Shown here: positions 11,093-20,815 of the stretch, piece by piece
Position numbering within the stretch: the first letter of the stretch is position 1
Layout: the number at the start of each line of letters is the position of its first letter
Assembly: GCA_950097015.1 (NCBI GenBank)
Contig: CATNEN010000039.1
Span: 14,694,001 to 14,758,000 of the forward strand
DNA: 64,000 bases
From: Macrostomum hystrix
Lineage: Eukaryota; Animalia; Platyhelminthes
Direction of reading: 5' to 3'
Made by a program: the position numbers and the translations under genes
The notes under the pieces: model-generated
What the model was told of the DNA's origin: nothing
Seen by the model: only the letters and a program-made list of their open reading frames with translations
Databases searched by the model: none

Positions 11093-12334
11093 ATGGCTCA
11101 AAGCCAGTGTCCCGCTGCTAGTGTCGGCAGTAACCAGGCCTTCCTGCAATCGCCAGAGGAGGCCAATGGTGTGGAAGCACTCCGCAGCATCGATTCCTGG
11201 CCGTCTCAGGTCGAGAGTGTAACGCTGACCGAGCACTTGTCAGCGCAATCTTCGATGGATCCTGTGTCAGTTTTTTGTCGGATGAGCGGCCCAGTCCAGA
11301 GAGAGTTCGCCTATTATCCAGGAATTGTCAAGCAGGCCTTCTCAATGTATGCCGACACTGGCAATGCTGGCAGCGTTATTGAGTGGGTAGTAGAAGAAAT
11401 CAGTTCGATGCTTTTCCGTCAAGATCATACTGGCTACATTCCGATAGAAGCAGCCCTGGAGGCGCGCAATGGAGCTGCGGTGAAACGAATGTTAGAAATT
11501 GCAAAGCGTTCTGGATCAGTGTTGCTTGAAAGACTGCTGAAATACAAAAATCCAAGATTTAAGCACTCTCTGCTGATGCTTGCTGTGAAGCTTAACAGCC
11601 GAGAGTATGCGGATATTTTTCACGAACTGGTCAACTACGATCCCGGCTGTATCTACCGCTGCTATGATGACTCGGGAAGGAATGTGTTCCACTGGTGCGC
11701 CAAGCACGGATGCACCACCTCCATTGATATTGTTTTCGGCCTCTTAATTGAGCGCTTCAGAAAAGGCATTTTTCCAAATCAGTGTCTAAACGAAATTATA
11801 AAGGCTTTAGAAATGCCAGACAGACGAAAGAATACGCCGATGCACTATGTCGCTTCTTCTGGTAATCTTGACATGCTGAAAAGTATTCAGGCGTTTCTAA
11901 ATTCCACTAATTTGGAGCTCGATTTCGACGCCCATTTTGTAAGCAGTAACAGCTTAACACCGCTAGTGCTAGCTGTTCAAAGTGAAACATATGAAACTTG
12001 CAAGTGGCTGCTCGAGAATGGCTCTGTTGATGTGCACTTCAAACAGCGCTCCACCTGTCTGACAGCTCTGCACTTTGCTGTGAGAGCTGGCAATCCTGAG
12101 CTCATTGCTCTGCTGATGAAGCACGGCGCGGATTTCGACTACACGGACAGTGACTGCGCCGATTTGGCTGGCTACAAGACACCTCTGGACATGGCTCTGT
12201 CTGAGGACATACCGCGGAGAGAGGCTTGCCTGCGCTGCCTGCGATCAGCAAGCTCGTCGACTTTGGCATCCCTGCCCGGCGCCGTCTCAGGCCGGGCATT
12301 GGGTGACGTGACCAATGCTTTTCTTCCTATTTGA
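11093..12334 (+). CDS. Ankyrin-repeat IkB-gamma-like paralog, copy 2 (no death domain)
   Basis: Intronless ORF aligning with the other copies. The ATG at 11093 (MAQSQ) is preferred over 11015 by paralog alignment. Motifs YADTGN, GRNVFH, TPMHY, TALHFAV, TPLDMA. Confidence 0.85.
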   Translation: MAQSQCPAASVGSNQAFLQSPEEANGVEALRSIDSWPSQVESVTLTEHLSAQSSMDPVSVFCRMSGPVQREFAYYPGIVKQAFSMYADTGNAGSVIEWVVEEISSMLFRQDHTGYIPIEAALEARNGAAVKRMLEIAKRSGSVLLERLLKYKNPRFKHSLLMLAVKLNSREYADIFHELVNYDPGCIYRCYDDSGRNVFHWCAKHGCTTSIDIVFGLLIERFRKGIFPNQCLNEIIKALEMPDRRKNTPMHYVASSGNLDMLKSIQAFLNSTNLELDFDAHFVSSNSLTPLVLAVQSETYETCKWLLENGSVDVHFKQRSTCLTALHFAVRAGNPELIALLMKHGADFDYTDSDCADLAGYKTPLDMALSEDIPRREACLRCLRSASSSTLASLPGAVSGRALGDVTNAFLPI

Positions 12335-12434
12335 TACTCTTGGGCTTTGTTGTGTGGCGTCACTCTTCTAAGCGAGACTCGAAAAATAAAAGATTCGTTA
12401 GATTTTTTTTCTTCGTTTTTCCATTGTTCTAGAG

Positions 12435-12515
12435 CAGGGGTCGGCAAACTCCGGCCCGCGGGACAGATGAGGCCCTCAAAGCTCCCAAATCCGGCCCGTT
12501 GCCCGAACACCTATA
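12435..12515 (+). mobile_element. hAT/Charlie-type transposon terminus (fragment)
   Basis: CAGGGGTCGGCAAACTCCGGCCCGCGGG...GGCCC, preceded by TTCTAGAG, which fits the Charlie NTCTAGAN target consensus. The opposite end is degenerate. Confidence 0.65.
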
Positions 12516-13202
12516 GTATCCTGTCTCATATCGCCCGTGTCTCATCTCTCCTGTTCCTCATCTCTCCCCTGTCTCATCTCTCCCGTGTCTCATCTCTCTT
12601 TATTATCTTTTGTTCATTGTACTTTCAAAGAATTATCAAGTGATTGGCAAACAAATAAGTGTAGTTCTTAGCTTGTATTTTATATTTGCTCCTTGTTTCT
12701 TGCCTGCCCAGAAGTATGTTTTTGACTTGTAAAGTGTTGCTTATCCTGTATCTGCTGTTTATTTTTATATAGAATGTCTCCATGTGTGCCCTTTTTGCAC
12801 ATTGTTAGCTATTGGCAGGATTATGCTCATTGATTTAAGGCATTGTGCCTTTCCAAAGATTACAACTGTTTATGAATAATTATTATATGTTCTACTTTTT
12901 GTATTTTGAAAGGCTATAGAATTAAAAATCTAAAACTAATTAATTTCCTTACATACTAAAAGCTTACCACACAGGTCTCAATTAAACAAATTCGTTTAAA
13001 ACTAAATAATCAAGAGTAAAGTACTTTCTCTGAATCTTCTAAAGTGCAAAATTACATTTTACGATAGTTTTATCTCTCATGTTTGTTGCAGTAGAAATAA
13101 TTTGTAAAGAAGGCACATGAGAAGTGTTCTGTGTTTCCCCATTCTCGATACAGACTCAAATAAGCCACTATTCTATCTTGCAGCTCATAATTACTAGACA
13201 AA

Positions 13203-14339
13203 ATGGAATCGGAGACCAACGAGGAGAGGCCATTTCTCGTGGCACAAACGGACGGTGCCGCCCGGACCTTAAACAGAATCGACTCGTGGCCATCTTTCCT
13301 TTGCACCTCGAGCTTACCCCAAGAAGTGGCTGTTCATTCAGCTGATGAGATGCTCAATAAATTTCGTTCGCTTCCTGTTTCCATTCAGGAAGAGATTGCT
13401 GCATATCCTTTGATTGTTAAACAGGCCTTTCAATCCTATGCGGCATCAGGTGACTTGGAGGATGCTGTTAACTGGTTGGTTGGACAACTTCCTGGAATGC
13501 TATTTCGGACGAGTCAGACTGAATGCCCCCGAATTCCAATGGAAGTGGCACTTGAAGCAGGGAATGTGGCTGCAGTGATGCGTATGTTAGACACAGCACA
13601 GCAGCACTCGGGGTTGCTCGATAGACTGCTCGGATATAGGAATCGTCAATTTGGACACACTATGCTGATGCTTGCAGTCCATCTAAATAGCCGTAAAGAC
13701 AGTTTCCTAATCCACACAATGCTTAGCTTCGACCCGTGTGCGCTTCACCGTTGCTATGACAACAGAGGCAGGAATGTTTTCCACATTTGCGCTCAGTCGG
13801 GGCTTAGCGTAGCCTTTCAAATAATATTTGGCCTCCTTATCGAGTTTCCTGATGTATACAGTACAATAGGTCCGTTGGAAGTGAAGAAAGCGCTGGAAAT
13901 GACAGACTCAGACAAATATACACCGCTTCACTATATTTCCTCAACCGGTAAGACAGGCATGTTTGCGACATTAAAAACTTTCCTGGACCACGTAGATTTG
14001 ACAATTAACTTTGACACTTGTTTCAAATGTGGCAACACTTTGACTCCATTGATGATTGGTGTGAAGAACGGACACTTCGAGGTGTGCGAATGGCTGCTGG
14101 AGAACGGCTCTGTTGATGTGCACTTCAAGCAGCACTCAACCTGTCTGACAGCGCTGCACTTTGCTGTGAGAGCAGGCAATCCTGAGCTCATTGCTCTGCT
14201 GATGCGGCACGGGGCTGATCCAGAGTTTTATAACAGCTACTGTGATTACTTGGATGATTACAAGACTCCTTTGGAGCTTGCCCGAACTGAGAGCATTCGG
14301 AACAAGGATGCTTGCATTCGGTGCCTGGAGACACGTTAG
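13203..14339 (+). CDS. Ankyrin-repeat IkB-gamma-like paralog, copy 3
   Basis: 378-aa intronless ORF with the same motif order (YAASGD, GHTMLMLAV, GRNVFH, TPLHY, TPLMI, TALHFAV, TPLELA). Confidence 0.9.
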   Translation: MESETNEERPFLVAQTDGAARTLNRIDSWPSFLCTSSLPQEVAVHSADEMLNKFRSLPVSIQEEIAAYPLIVKQAFQSYAASGDLEDAVNWLVGQLPGMLFRTSQTECPRIPMEVALEAGNVAAVMRMLDTAQQHSGLLDRLLGYRNRQFGHTMLMLAVHLNSRKDSFLIHTMLSFDPCALHRCYDNRGRNVFHICAQSGLSVAFQIIFGLLIEFPDVYSTIGPLEVKKALEMTDSDKYTPLHYISSTGKTGMFATLKTFLDHVDLTINFDTCFKCGNTLTPLMIGVKNGHFEVCEWLLENGSVDVHFKQHSTCLTALHFAVRAGNPELIALLMRHGADPEFYNSYCDYLDDYKTPLELARTESIRNKDACIRCLETR

Positions 14340-14920
14340 TATCTTACGCACTTCCCAAATGCCAGATTGTGATGTTTTTAATAATGACCTAAATAATCTG
14401 TAAGACATTCTTTTATAATCGTTTTAGCTTTTGTTTGCATAATTTGCAAGCAGAACATTGTGTTTTAACCCTTCTCATCCAATCCGGCCTAAGTATAAGT
14501 GTTTTTATATTTTAATTATCGCCAACTTGTCTTTTATTTTTTATTTTTGTAAGGTTTATAATTTCTTGTTTAATTATATAAGCTCGCTGTATTCTATTAT
14601 TTCTCTCTGAGTGACTGCATGACAGTAAAATTTTTGTCTCTGCTTTACAATCTTTTGTCTACTAGCTTTCTCTCTTTGTTGTCTTAAAAATTCAATTTGG
14701 CAAAGTTCTGGCAAAATTTAGGCAAATTTTCGAAAGCAGAGTTTTAGCTGTGCTTGGGTCACCAAAGACATTCTACATTCTCGTAGCTTTAGGCAGCTCA
14801 CAATTTTACGTGTGTATTTCAGCTATTTTAAACGATGAAGACCTCTAACAAAACCACTCACCACTCCTTTGCAGCGTATTAAAATAATCTAGAAAAGTCA
14901 AACAGTGCATCCTTTGCCTG

Positions 14921-16045
14921 ATGTCGGGAGAAACTGACCTGCCGTTTCTCCAGGCTCCAGCTGACGATGGTGGAGTCGGTTCATTCAACAGCATCGAATC
15001 GTGGCCATCTCTTGTTTTAAAGACTGACACGTCGGATCAGCTGATCATGTCCACGTCAGAACAGATGCTAAAAACATATTGTTCAATGCCCGTTAGAATC
15101 CAGGCAGAGTTCGCTGACTACCCCCGAATAGTGAGACTGTCATTTCAAAGATATGCAGAAGCGGGTGACCCTCTGGATGCAGTGAGCTGGTTGGTAGGCA
15201 AACTGCCTCACATGATGTTTCGGACTGACCAGACTGGCTACATTCCGATCGAAGCAGCTCTTGAAGCAGGCAACGGGGCTTCAGCGAGGCAGATGCTGAG
15301 ACTGGCTGAGCTTTTTGGATCAGACGACAGGCTTGCCAGATACAGAAATCCTCGATATGGATACACTCTGCTGATGCTAGCTGTACATCTGAACAGAAAG
15401 GAATATTCAGACATATTTCTGCAACTGCTAAGCCACGATGTATCCGGATTGCACCGATGCTATGATAGCGACGGAAAGAATGTGTTTCACAGGTGCACAG
15501 AGCTTGGATTTAGCGTTTCCTTTCAAATCATTTTTGGTCTGTTGATTGAGCACCGTGATACGCTCTTGGGATGCAGCCCTCCAGAGATTAAAAGTGCATT
15601 CGAGATGACTGACTCTAGTAAAAACACACCCCTTCACTATATCGCTGCCTCTGGAAAAGTAGAGATGTTTCAAGTTCTTAAGACCTTTTTGATTCGAATG
15701 AATTTGGTGATTGACTTTGACTCTTGCTTTAAGTGCAGCAGCTCCGTTACTCCACTGATTGTTGGAGTACAGAGGGGACACTTGGAGGTGTGCGAATGGC
15801 TGCTGGAGAACGGCTCTGTTGATGTGCACTTCAAGCAGCACTCAACCTGTCTGACAGCGCTGCACTTTGCTGTGAGAGCTGGCAATCCTGAGCTCATTGC
15901 TCTGCTGATGAAGCACGGGGCTGATCCAGAGTTTTATAACAGCTACTGTGATTACTTGGATGATTACAAGACTCCTTTGGAGCTTGCCCGAACTGAGAGC
16001 ATTCGGAACAAGGATGCTTGCATTCGGTGCCTGGAGACACGTTAG
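14921..16045 (+). CDS. Ankyrin-repeat IkB-gamma-like paralog, copy 4 (chimera of copy 6 5' part and copy 3 3' end)
   Basis: 374-aa ORF, near-identical to copy 6 up to ...LLMKHGA and identical to copy 3 thereafter, including the 3' flank. Confidence 0.9.
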   Translation: MSGETDLPFLQAPADDGGVGSFNSIESWPSLVLKTDTSDQLIMSTSEQMLKTYCSMPVRIQAEFADYPRIVRLSFQRYAEAGDPLDAVSWLVGKLPHMMFRTDQTGYIPIEAALEAGNGASARQMLRLAELFGSDDRLARYRNPRYGYTLLMLAVHLNRKEYSDIFLQLLSHDVSGLHRCYDSDGKNVFHRCTELGFSVSFQIIFGLLIEHRDTLLGCSPPEIKSAFEMTDSSKNTPLHYIAASGKVEMFQVLKTFLIRMNLVIDFDSCFKCSSSVTPLIVGVQRGHLEVCEWLLENGSVDVHFKQHSTCLTALHFAVRAGNPELIALLMKHGADPEFYNSYCDYLDDYKTPLELARTESIRNKDACIRCLETR

Positions 16046-16554
16046 TATCTTACGCACTTCCCAAATGCCAGATTGTGATGTTTTTAATAATGACCTAAAT
16101 AATCTGTAAGACATTCTTTTATAATCGTTTTAGCTTTTGTTTGCATAATTTGCAAGCAGAACATTGTGTTTTAACCCTTCTCATCCAATCCGGCCTAAGT
16201 ATAAGTGTTTTTATATTTTAATTATCGCCAACTTGTCTTTTATTTTTTATTTTTGTAAGGTTTATAATTTCTTGTTTAATTATATAAGCTCGCTGTATTC
16301 TATTATTTCTCTCTGAGTGACTGCATGACAGTAAAATTTTTGTCTCTGCTTTACAATCTTTTGCCTACTAGCTTTCTCTCTTTGTTGTCTTAAAAATTCA
16401 ATTTGGCAAAGCTGCTTCGGTCCTGAAATATAAAAATTCGATTTTGAAGTAAAAAATATTCCGATTGCGACATATATATTAAATTTTCTAAAGAAAGAAC
16501 TTTTAGTTTTATTAATTTGTTTTTTTAGGATCTTTCGATAGGATGCATTCCCCA

Positions 16555-16890
16555 TGCCTTAGGCTGCACTTTCCCTAGGCTGCACATTCCCTAAGCTGCA
16601 CATTCCCTAAGCTGCACATTCCCTAAGCTGCACATTCCCTAGGCTGCACATTCCCTAAGCTGCATATTCCCTAAGCTGCACATTCCCTAATAATAACTGC
16701 AGGAGGGCGGCGGGCAATGGCACATCATTTGGTGACACTAGACCCGCAGCCAGCGACGCGGCAATTCTGCCCATTTCGCTGACTCCTCAGCAGTTTTACA
16801 TTTTACATTCCCCGAGCTGCACATTTTTTAAACTGCACATTCCCCGAGCTGCACATTTTTTAAACTGCACATTCCCCGACCTGCACATTT
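16555..16890. repeat. 16-bp minisatellite (CATTCCCTAAGCTGCA)n and derived copies
   Basis: About 8 tandem copies at 16555-16690, with variant copies at 16800-16890. Confidence 0.9.
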
Positions 16891-17137
16891 CTTTAACGCC
16901 CGGCAACGCTAGCTGAAATTGAGCCTCTGAACTCAATGACAGATTGTTTCCCTTGGGCTTACTGGGTTAGCTTAAACTATTATACGAGTGTGCATACAAA
17001 GGACCACAGGTAATCACACTTTACTGAAGTAGTTGATAATATTTATTTGAAGACGCCTTTCATTTCAGCTAGTCGAAACAGCAGATGCACAGTTGAACCA
17101 CCCAGTGCGCCATGCTGTTGCACTAAATAGATGAAAA

Positions 17138-18244
17138 ATGGCGGACGAACCGTTTCTGAAGGCTCCTGTTGACGAGCATCTACTGCGTATACTAGACAAC
17201 ATTCGCGCCTTGCCTCGACTGAAAGAAGATAGCCCATTGGCTGGCGCCTCGGCCAAAGAAATGCGGAGCGTATTTTTTAGAATGCCACCCTACGTTCAGG
17301 AAGAGTTAATCAATTCATCAGACATTGTGCAGCAAGCCCTGAATCAATATGCCCAATCAGGTGATCCAGCAAAAACTATTTTATGGATTGTTGGTCGGCT
17401 TCCAGCAATGCTGTTCATAACTGATCAGACTCACTATATTCCCATTGAAGCAGCACTTGAGTCGGGTAACGGAGCTGCTGTGAGGTTTATGTTAAGCGTT
17501 GCAGAGCGTTCTCAAACTCTGCCCAAGCTTCTGAAGTATAAGAATCGGCGATTTGGGCATTCTTTGATCATGCTCGCTGTCAATTTGAATACATGGGAGT
17601 GTGCCGACATTCTTCATAAACTGATGAGTGGCAACCCATCTGAACTTCATCGATGCTACGACTCGGAGGGTCGGAATGTGTTTCACCGATGCACAGAATT
17701 TGGTTTCAGCACATCCTTTCAAATCATCTGCAATTTCATTATGTCGCATGCGAAATCACATTTAACCAAAGTTTTAGCTGAATTAAAGAACGCTCTTGAA
17801 ATGACAGATAAGAGAAAAAGAACACCAATTCACAATATTTTGGCATCCGGCAGTGTACAAATGCTGGTCAGCTTGAAGCGCCTACTAGACTTTGTAAATA
17901 TAAAATTGGATTTCGATTCTTCTTTTAAAAGCAGTTCCTCTGTCACACCTTTAATAGTTGGTGTGCAGAGTGGACATTTTGAGGCGTGCAAATGGCTGCT
18001 GGACAATGGTTCTGTTGATGTGCACTTCAAGCAGCCCTCGACCTGTCTGACAGCGCTGCACTTTGCTGTGAGAGCAGGCAATCCTGAGCTCATTGCTTTG
18101 CTGGTTCGGCACGGGGCAAATCCTGAGTTCTACGATAGCAACTGTGAGCAATCGGAAGGCTACCAGACCCCACTGGAACTGGCGCGGACGGAGGAAATTC
18201 CCAATAAGCAGGCTTGTTTAGAGGCACTGCTCAACAGTAATTAG
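17138..18244 (+). CDS. Ankyrin-repeat IkB-gamma-like paralog, copy 5
   Basis: 368-aa intronless ORF with ALNQYAQSGD, GRNVFH, TALHFAV, TPLELA. Confidence 0.9.
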   Translation: MADEPFLKAPVDEHLLRILDNIRALPRLKEDSPLAGASAKEMRSVFFRMPPYVQEELINSSDIVQQALNQYAQSGDPAKTILWIVGRLPAMLFITDQTHYIPIEAALESGNGAAVRFMLSVAERSQTLPKLLKYKNRRFGHSLIMLAVNLNTWECADILHKLMSGNPSELHRCYDSEGRNVFHRCTEFGFSTSFQIICNFIMSHAKSHLTKVLAELKNALEMTDKRKRTPIHNILASGSVQMLVSLKRLLDFVNIKLDFDSSFKSSSSVTPLIVGVQSGHFEACKWLLDNGSVDVHFKQPSTCLTALHFAVRAGNPELIALLVRHGANPEFYDSNCEQSEGYQTPLELARTEEIPNKQACLEALLNSN

Positions 18245-18862
18245 AAAAGCTAGTTTAGTCTAGCTTGTAGCTCGGAACAAACACAAAGTTCAAGTTTGCT
18301 ACGTCAGTTAGAATCCATTTTCGAAGTCGATTCTAATTAATATTTCTCCATTGACTTTGTTCAAGTAAAGAGGTAGATGCGTTCCGCAATTTATTTTTTC
18401 TATTTTAATGACTCGTTAAGGCAATGCCCAATGCTAAAACTATTATGATATTTTCTTCAGTCGCACTCTTGATTAGTTTACATGAATTTAACCAAATAAA
18501 CGCATGGCCTTATAACTTTTTGAAGTCTCGCCTAATTTTACCTTGCGACTTTCGTTGTGCCTTCTAACTATAATATATTAGCAGCTTTAGCACCCCTGTT
18601 TCTCTCTGTCTCGCTCTGAGCTCGGTCGTTTCTCTTAAATTTCCTAATTTTGTCCGGAGTTTCTGTATTGATTTATCGAAAGCAGAGTTTTAGCTGTGCT
18701 TGGGTCACCAAAGACATTCTAGCTTTAGGCAGCTCACAATTTTACGTGTGCATGAGTATTTCAGCCATTTTAAACGATGAAGACCTCTAACAAAACCACT
18801 CACCACTCCTTTGCAGCATATTAAAATAATCTAGAAAAGTCAAAAAGTGCATCATTTGCCTG

Positions 18863-19993
18863 ATGCCGGGAGAAACTGACCTGCCGTTTCTCCAGGCTCC
18901 AGCTGACGATGGTGGAGTCGGTTCATTCAACAGCATCGAATCGTGGCCATCTCTTGTTTTAAAGACTGACACGTCGGATCAGCTGATCATGTCCACGTCA
19001 GAACAGATGCTAAAAACATATTGTTCAATGCCCGTTAGAATCCAGGTAGAGTTCGCTGACTACCCCCGAATAGTGAGACTGTCATTTCAAAGATATGCAG
19101 AAGCGGGTGACCCTCTGGATGCAGTGAGCTGGTTGGTAGGCAAACTGCCTCACATGATGTTTCGGACTGACCAGACTGGCTACATTCCGATCGAAGCAGC
19201 TCTTGAAGCAGGCAACGGGGCTTCAGCGAGGCAGATGCTGAGACTGGCTGAGCTTTTTGGATCAGACGACAGGCTTGCCAGATACAGAAATCCTCGATAT
19301 GGATACACTCTGCTGATGCTAGCTGTACATCTGAACAGAAAGGAATATTCAGACATATTTCTGCAACTGCTAAGCCACGATGTATCCGGATTGCACCGAT
19401 GCTATGATAGCGACGGAAAGAATGTGTTTCACAGGTGCACAGAGCTTGGATTTAGCGTTTCCTTTCAAATCATTTTTGGTCTGTTGATTGAGCACCGTGA
19501 TACGCTCTTGGGATGCAGCCCTCCAGAGATTAAAAGTGCATTCGAGATGACTGACTCTAGTAAAAACACACCCCTTCACTATATCGCTGCCTCTGGAAAA
19601 GTAGAGATGTTTCAAGTTCTTAAGACCTTTTTGATTCGAATGAATTTGGTGATTGACTTTGACTCTTGCTTTAAGTGCAGCAGCTCCGTTACTCCACTGA
19701 TTGTTGGAGTACAGAGGGGACACTTCGAGGTGTGCGAATGGCTGCTAGAGAACGGCTCTGTTGATGTGCACTTCAAGCAGCACTCGACCTGTCTGACAGC
19801 GCTGCACTTTGCTGTGAGAGCAGGCAATCCTGAGCTCATTGCTCTGCTGATGAAGCACGGAGCGAGTCCAGAGTTTTATGACGATGAGTGCGCCCAGTTA
19901 GAAGGCTACAAGACACCATTAGAGCTGGCGCGAGCGGGCGGAATCCCGAACAAGCAGGCCTGCATTGGTTGCCTTGAACAGGAACGTTGTTGA
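18863..19993 (+). CDS. Ankyrin-repeat IkB-gamma-like paralog, copy 6
   Basis: 376-aa intronless ORF with the same motifs and a unique 3' end. Confidence 0.9.
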   Translation: MPGETDLPFLQAPADDGGVGSFNSIESWPSLVLKTDTSDQLIMSTSEQMLKTYCSMPVRIQVEFADYPRIVRLSFQRYAEAGDPLDAVSWLVGKLPHMMFRTDQTGYIPIEAALEAGNGASARQMLRLAELFGSDDRLARYRNPRYGYTLLMLAVHLNRKEYSDIFLQLLSHDVSGLHRCYDSDGKNVFHRCTELGFSVSFQIIFGLLIEHRDTLLGCSPPEIKSAFEMTDSSKNTPLHYIAASGKVEMFQVLKTFLIRMNLVIDFDSCFKCSSSVTPLIVGVQRGHFEVCEWLLENGSVDVHFKQHSTCLTALHFAVRAGNPELIALLMKHGASPEFYDDECAQLEGYKTPLELARAGGIPNKQACIGCLEQERC

Positions 19994-20439
19994 AGAGGCC
20001 ATCGGACTGTATTTTGTTTCATGTCCATCAGTGACACATTCGTATTCATTTTTTTACTTGGGTTTTACCGTTGTCATCCGAAATCTTAATCTTATTGTAT
20101 TCTCGAATAATAGTGGGTACTGTTGGCATGATTTGGCTGTAGTATTTTGAAAGCAAAAGTTAGTTTTAGATGGTTACGTTTGTTTCTCTGTTCTGATTTT
20201 TGTGGCTCCTGCTTTTATTCGGCCTATGGTACTTCTGTAGTGGCCTTCTGTTTCGCTGTTAGTGAATAAATTGTAACCACTTATCCTTTTTTCTACCAGA
20301 AAAAAAGTTAAATGTTGAGCAGTGTTCCATTTTGTGGCGGAAAACAGGTTTGGAATTTACGTTTACTGCCAATTCATTGCCTAGTGTTGATCGCAAATCA
20401 TTTTAGCAAGCTTTACAGACATCGAGTCAGAGCCTAATA

Positions 20440-20665
20440 CTCCGTGGTTATAGCGTTGGACCCGCTTGAAGTTCGGTGGTTCAATACACGACTTTTGATC
20501 CGGAAAATTTGTGTCCTTTAGCAACACGCTTAACTCTGCATTGCTTTAGTTCACCCAGGTGTTAAATAGGTTCCAGCATTAGCTGGGGTAATTGAGGGTG
20601 GGTGTGGCGTCCGTCCCCCCACTGATGGACTGATGGAATATGGACTGAACAGCCTTAAGCAGCCT
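20440..20665 (+). mobile_element. Degenerate tRNA-derived SINE (CORE-like centre)
   Basis: GTGGTTATAGCG...GGTTCAATAC head, then GTGTCCTTTAGCAACACGCTTAAC...CACCCAGGTGTTAAATAGG...CCAGCATTAGCTGGGG. Homologous to the 5668 copy. Confidence 0.65.
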
Positions 20666-20815
20666 TTAATCAGCGCAGCGAGGCCGCTATTCGGGTTCTT
20701 CGCGCAGCTAACTCTCCAGGAACAAACCCCAAGACGCTGTGAGAATGTACACCGACTGACGATTCTGAATCGTTCATAGTTTCGAATTCATTGCAGCCGA
20801 TTGAATCGATACATA

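Noticed and set aside
11050-18862. Ankyrin ORFs as mutually exclusive terminal exons of one gene
   Set aside because: The best acceptors give inconsistent phases and in-frame stops before the ATG in copies 3, 4 and 6.
5668-20665. Functional tRNA genes at the A/B-box-like sites
   Set aside because: No complete cloverleaf can be drawn, and they continue into shared SINE body sequence.
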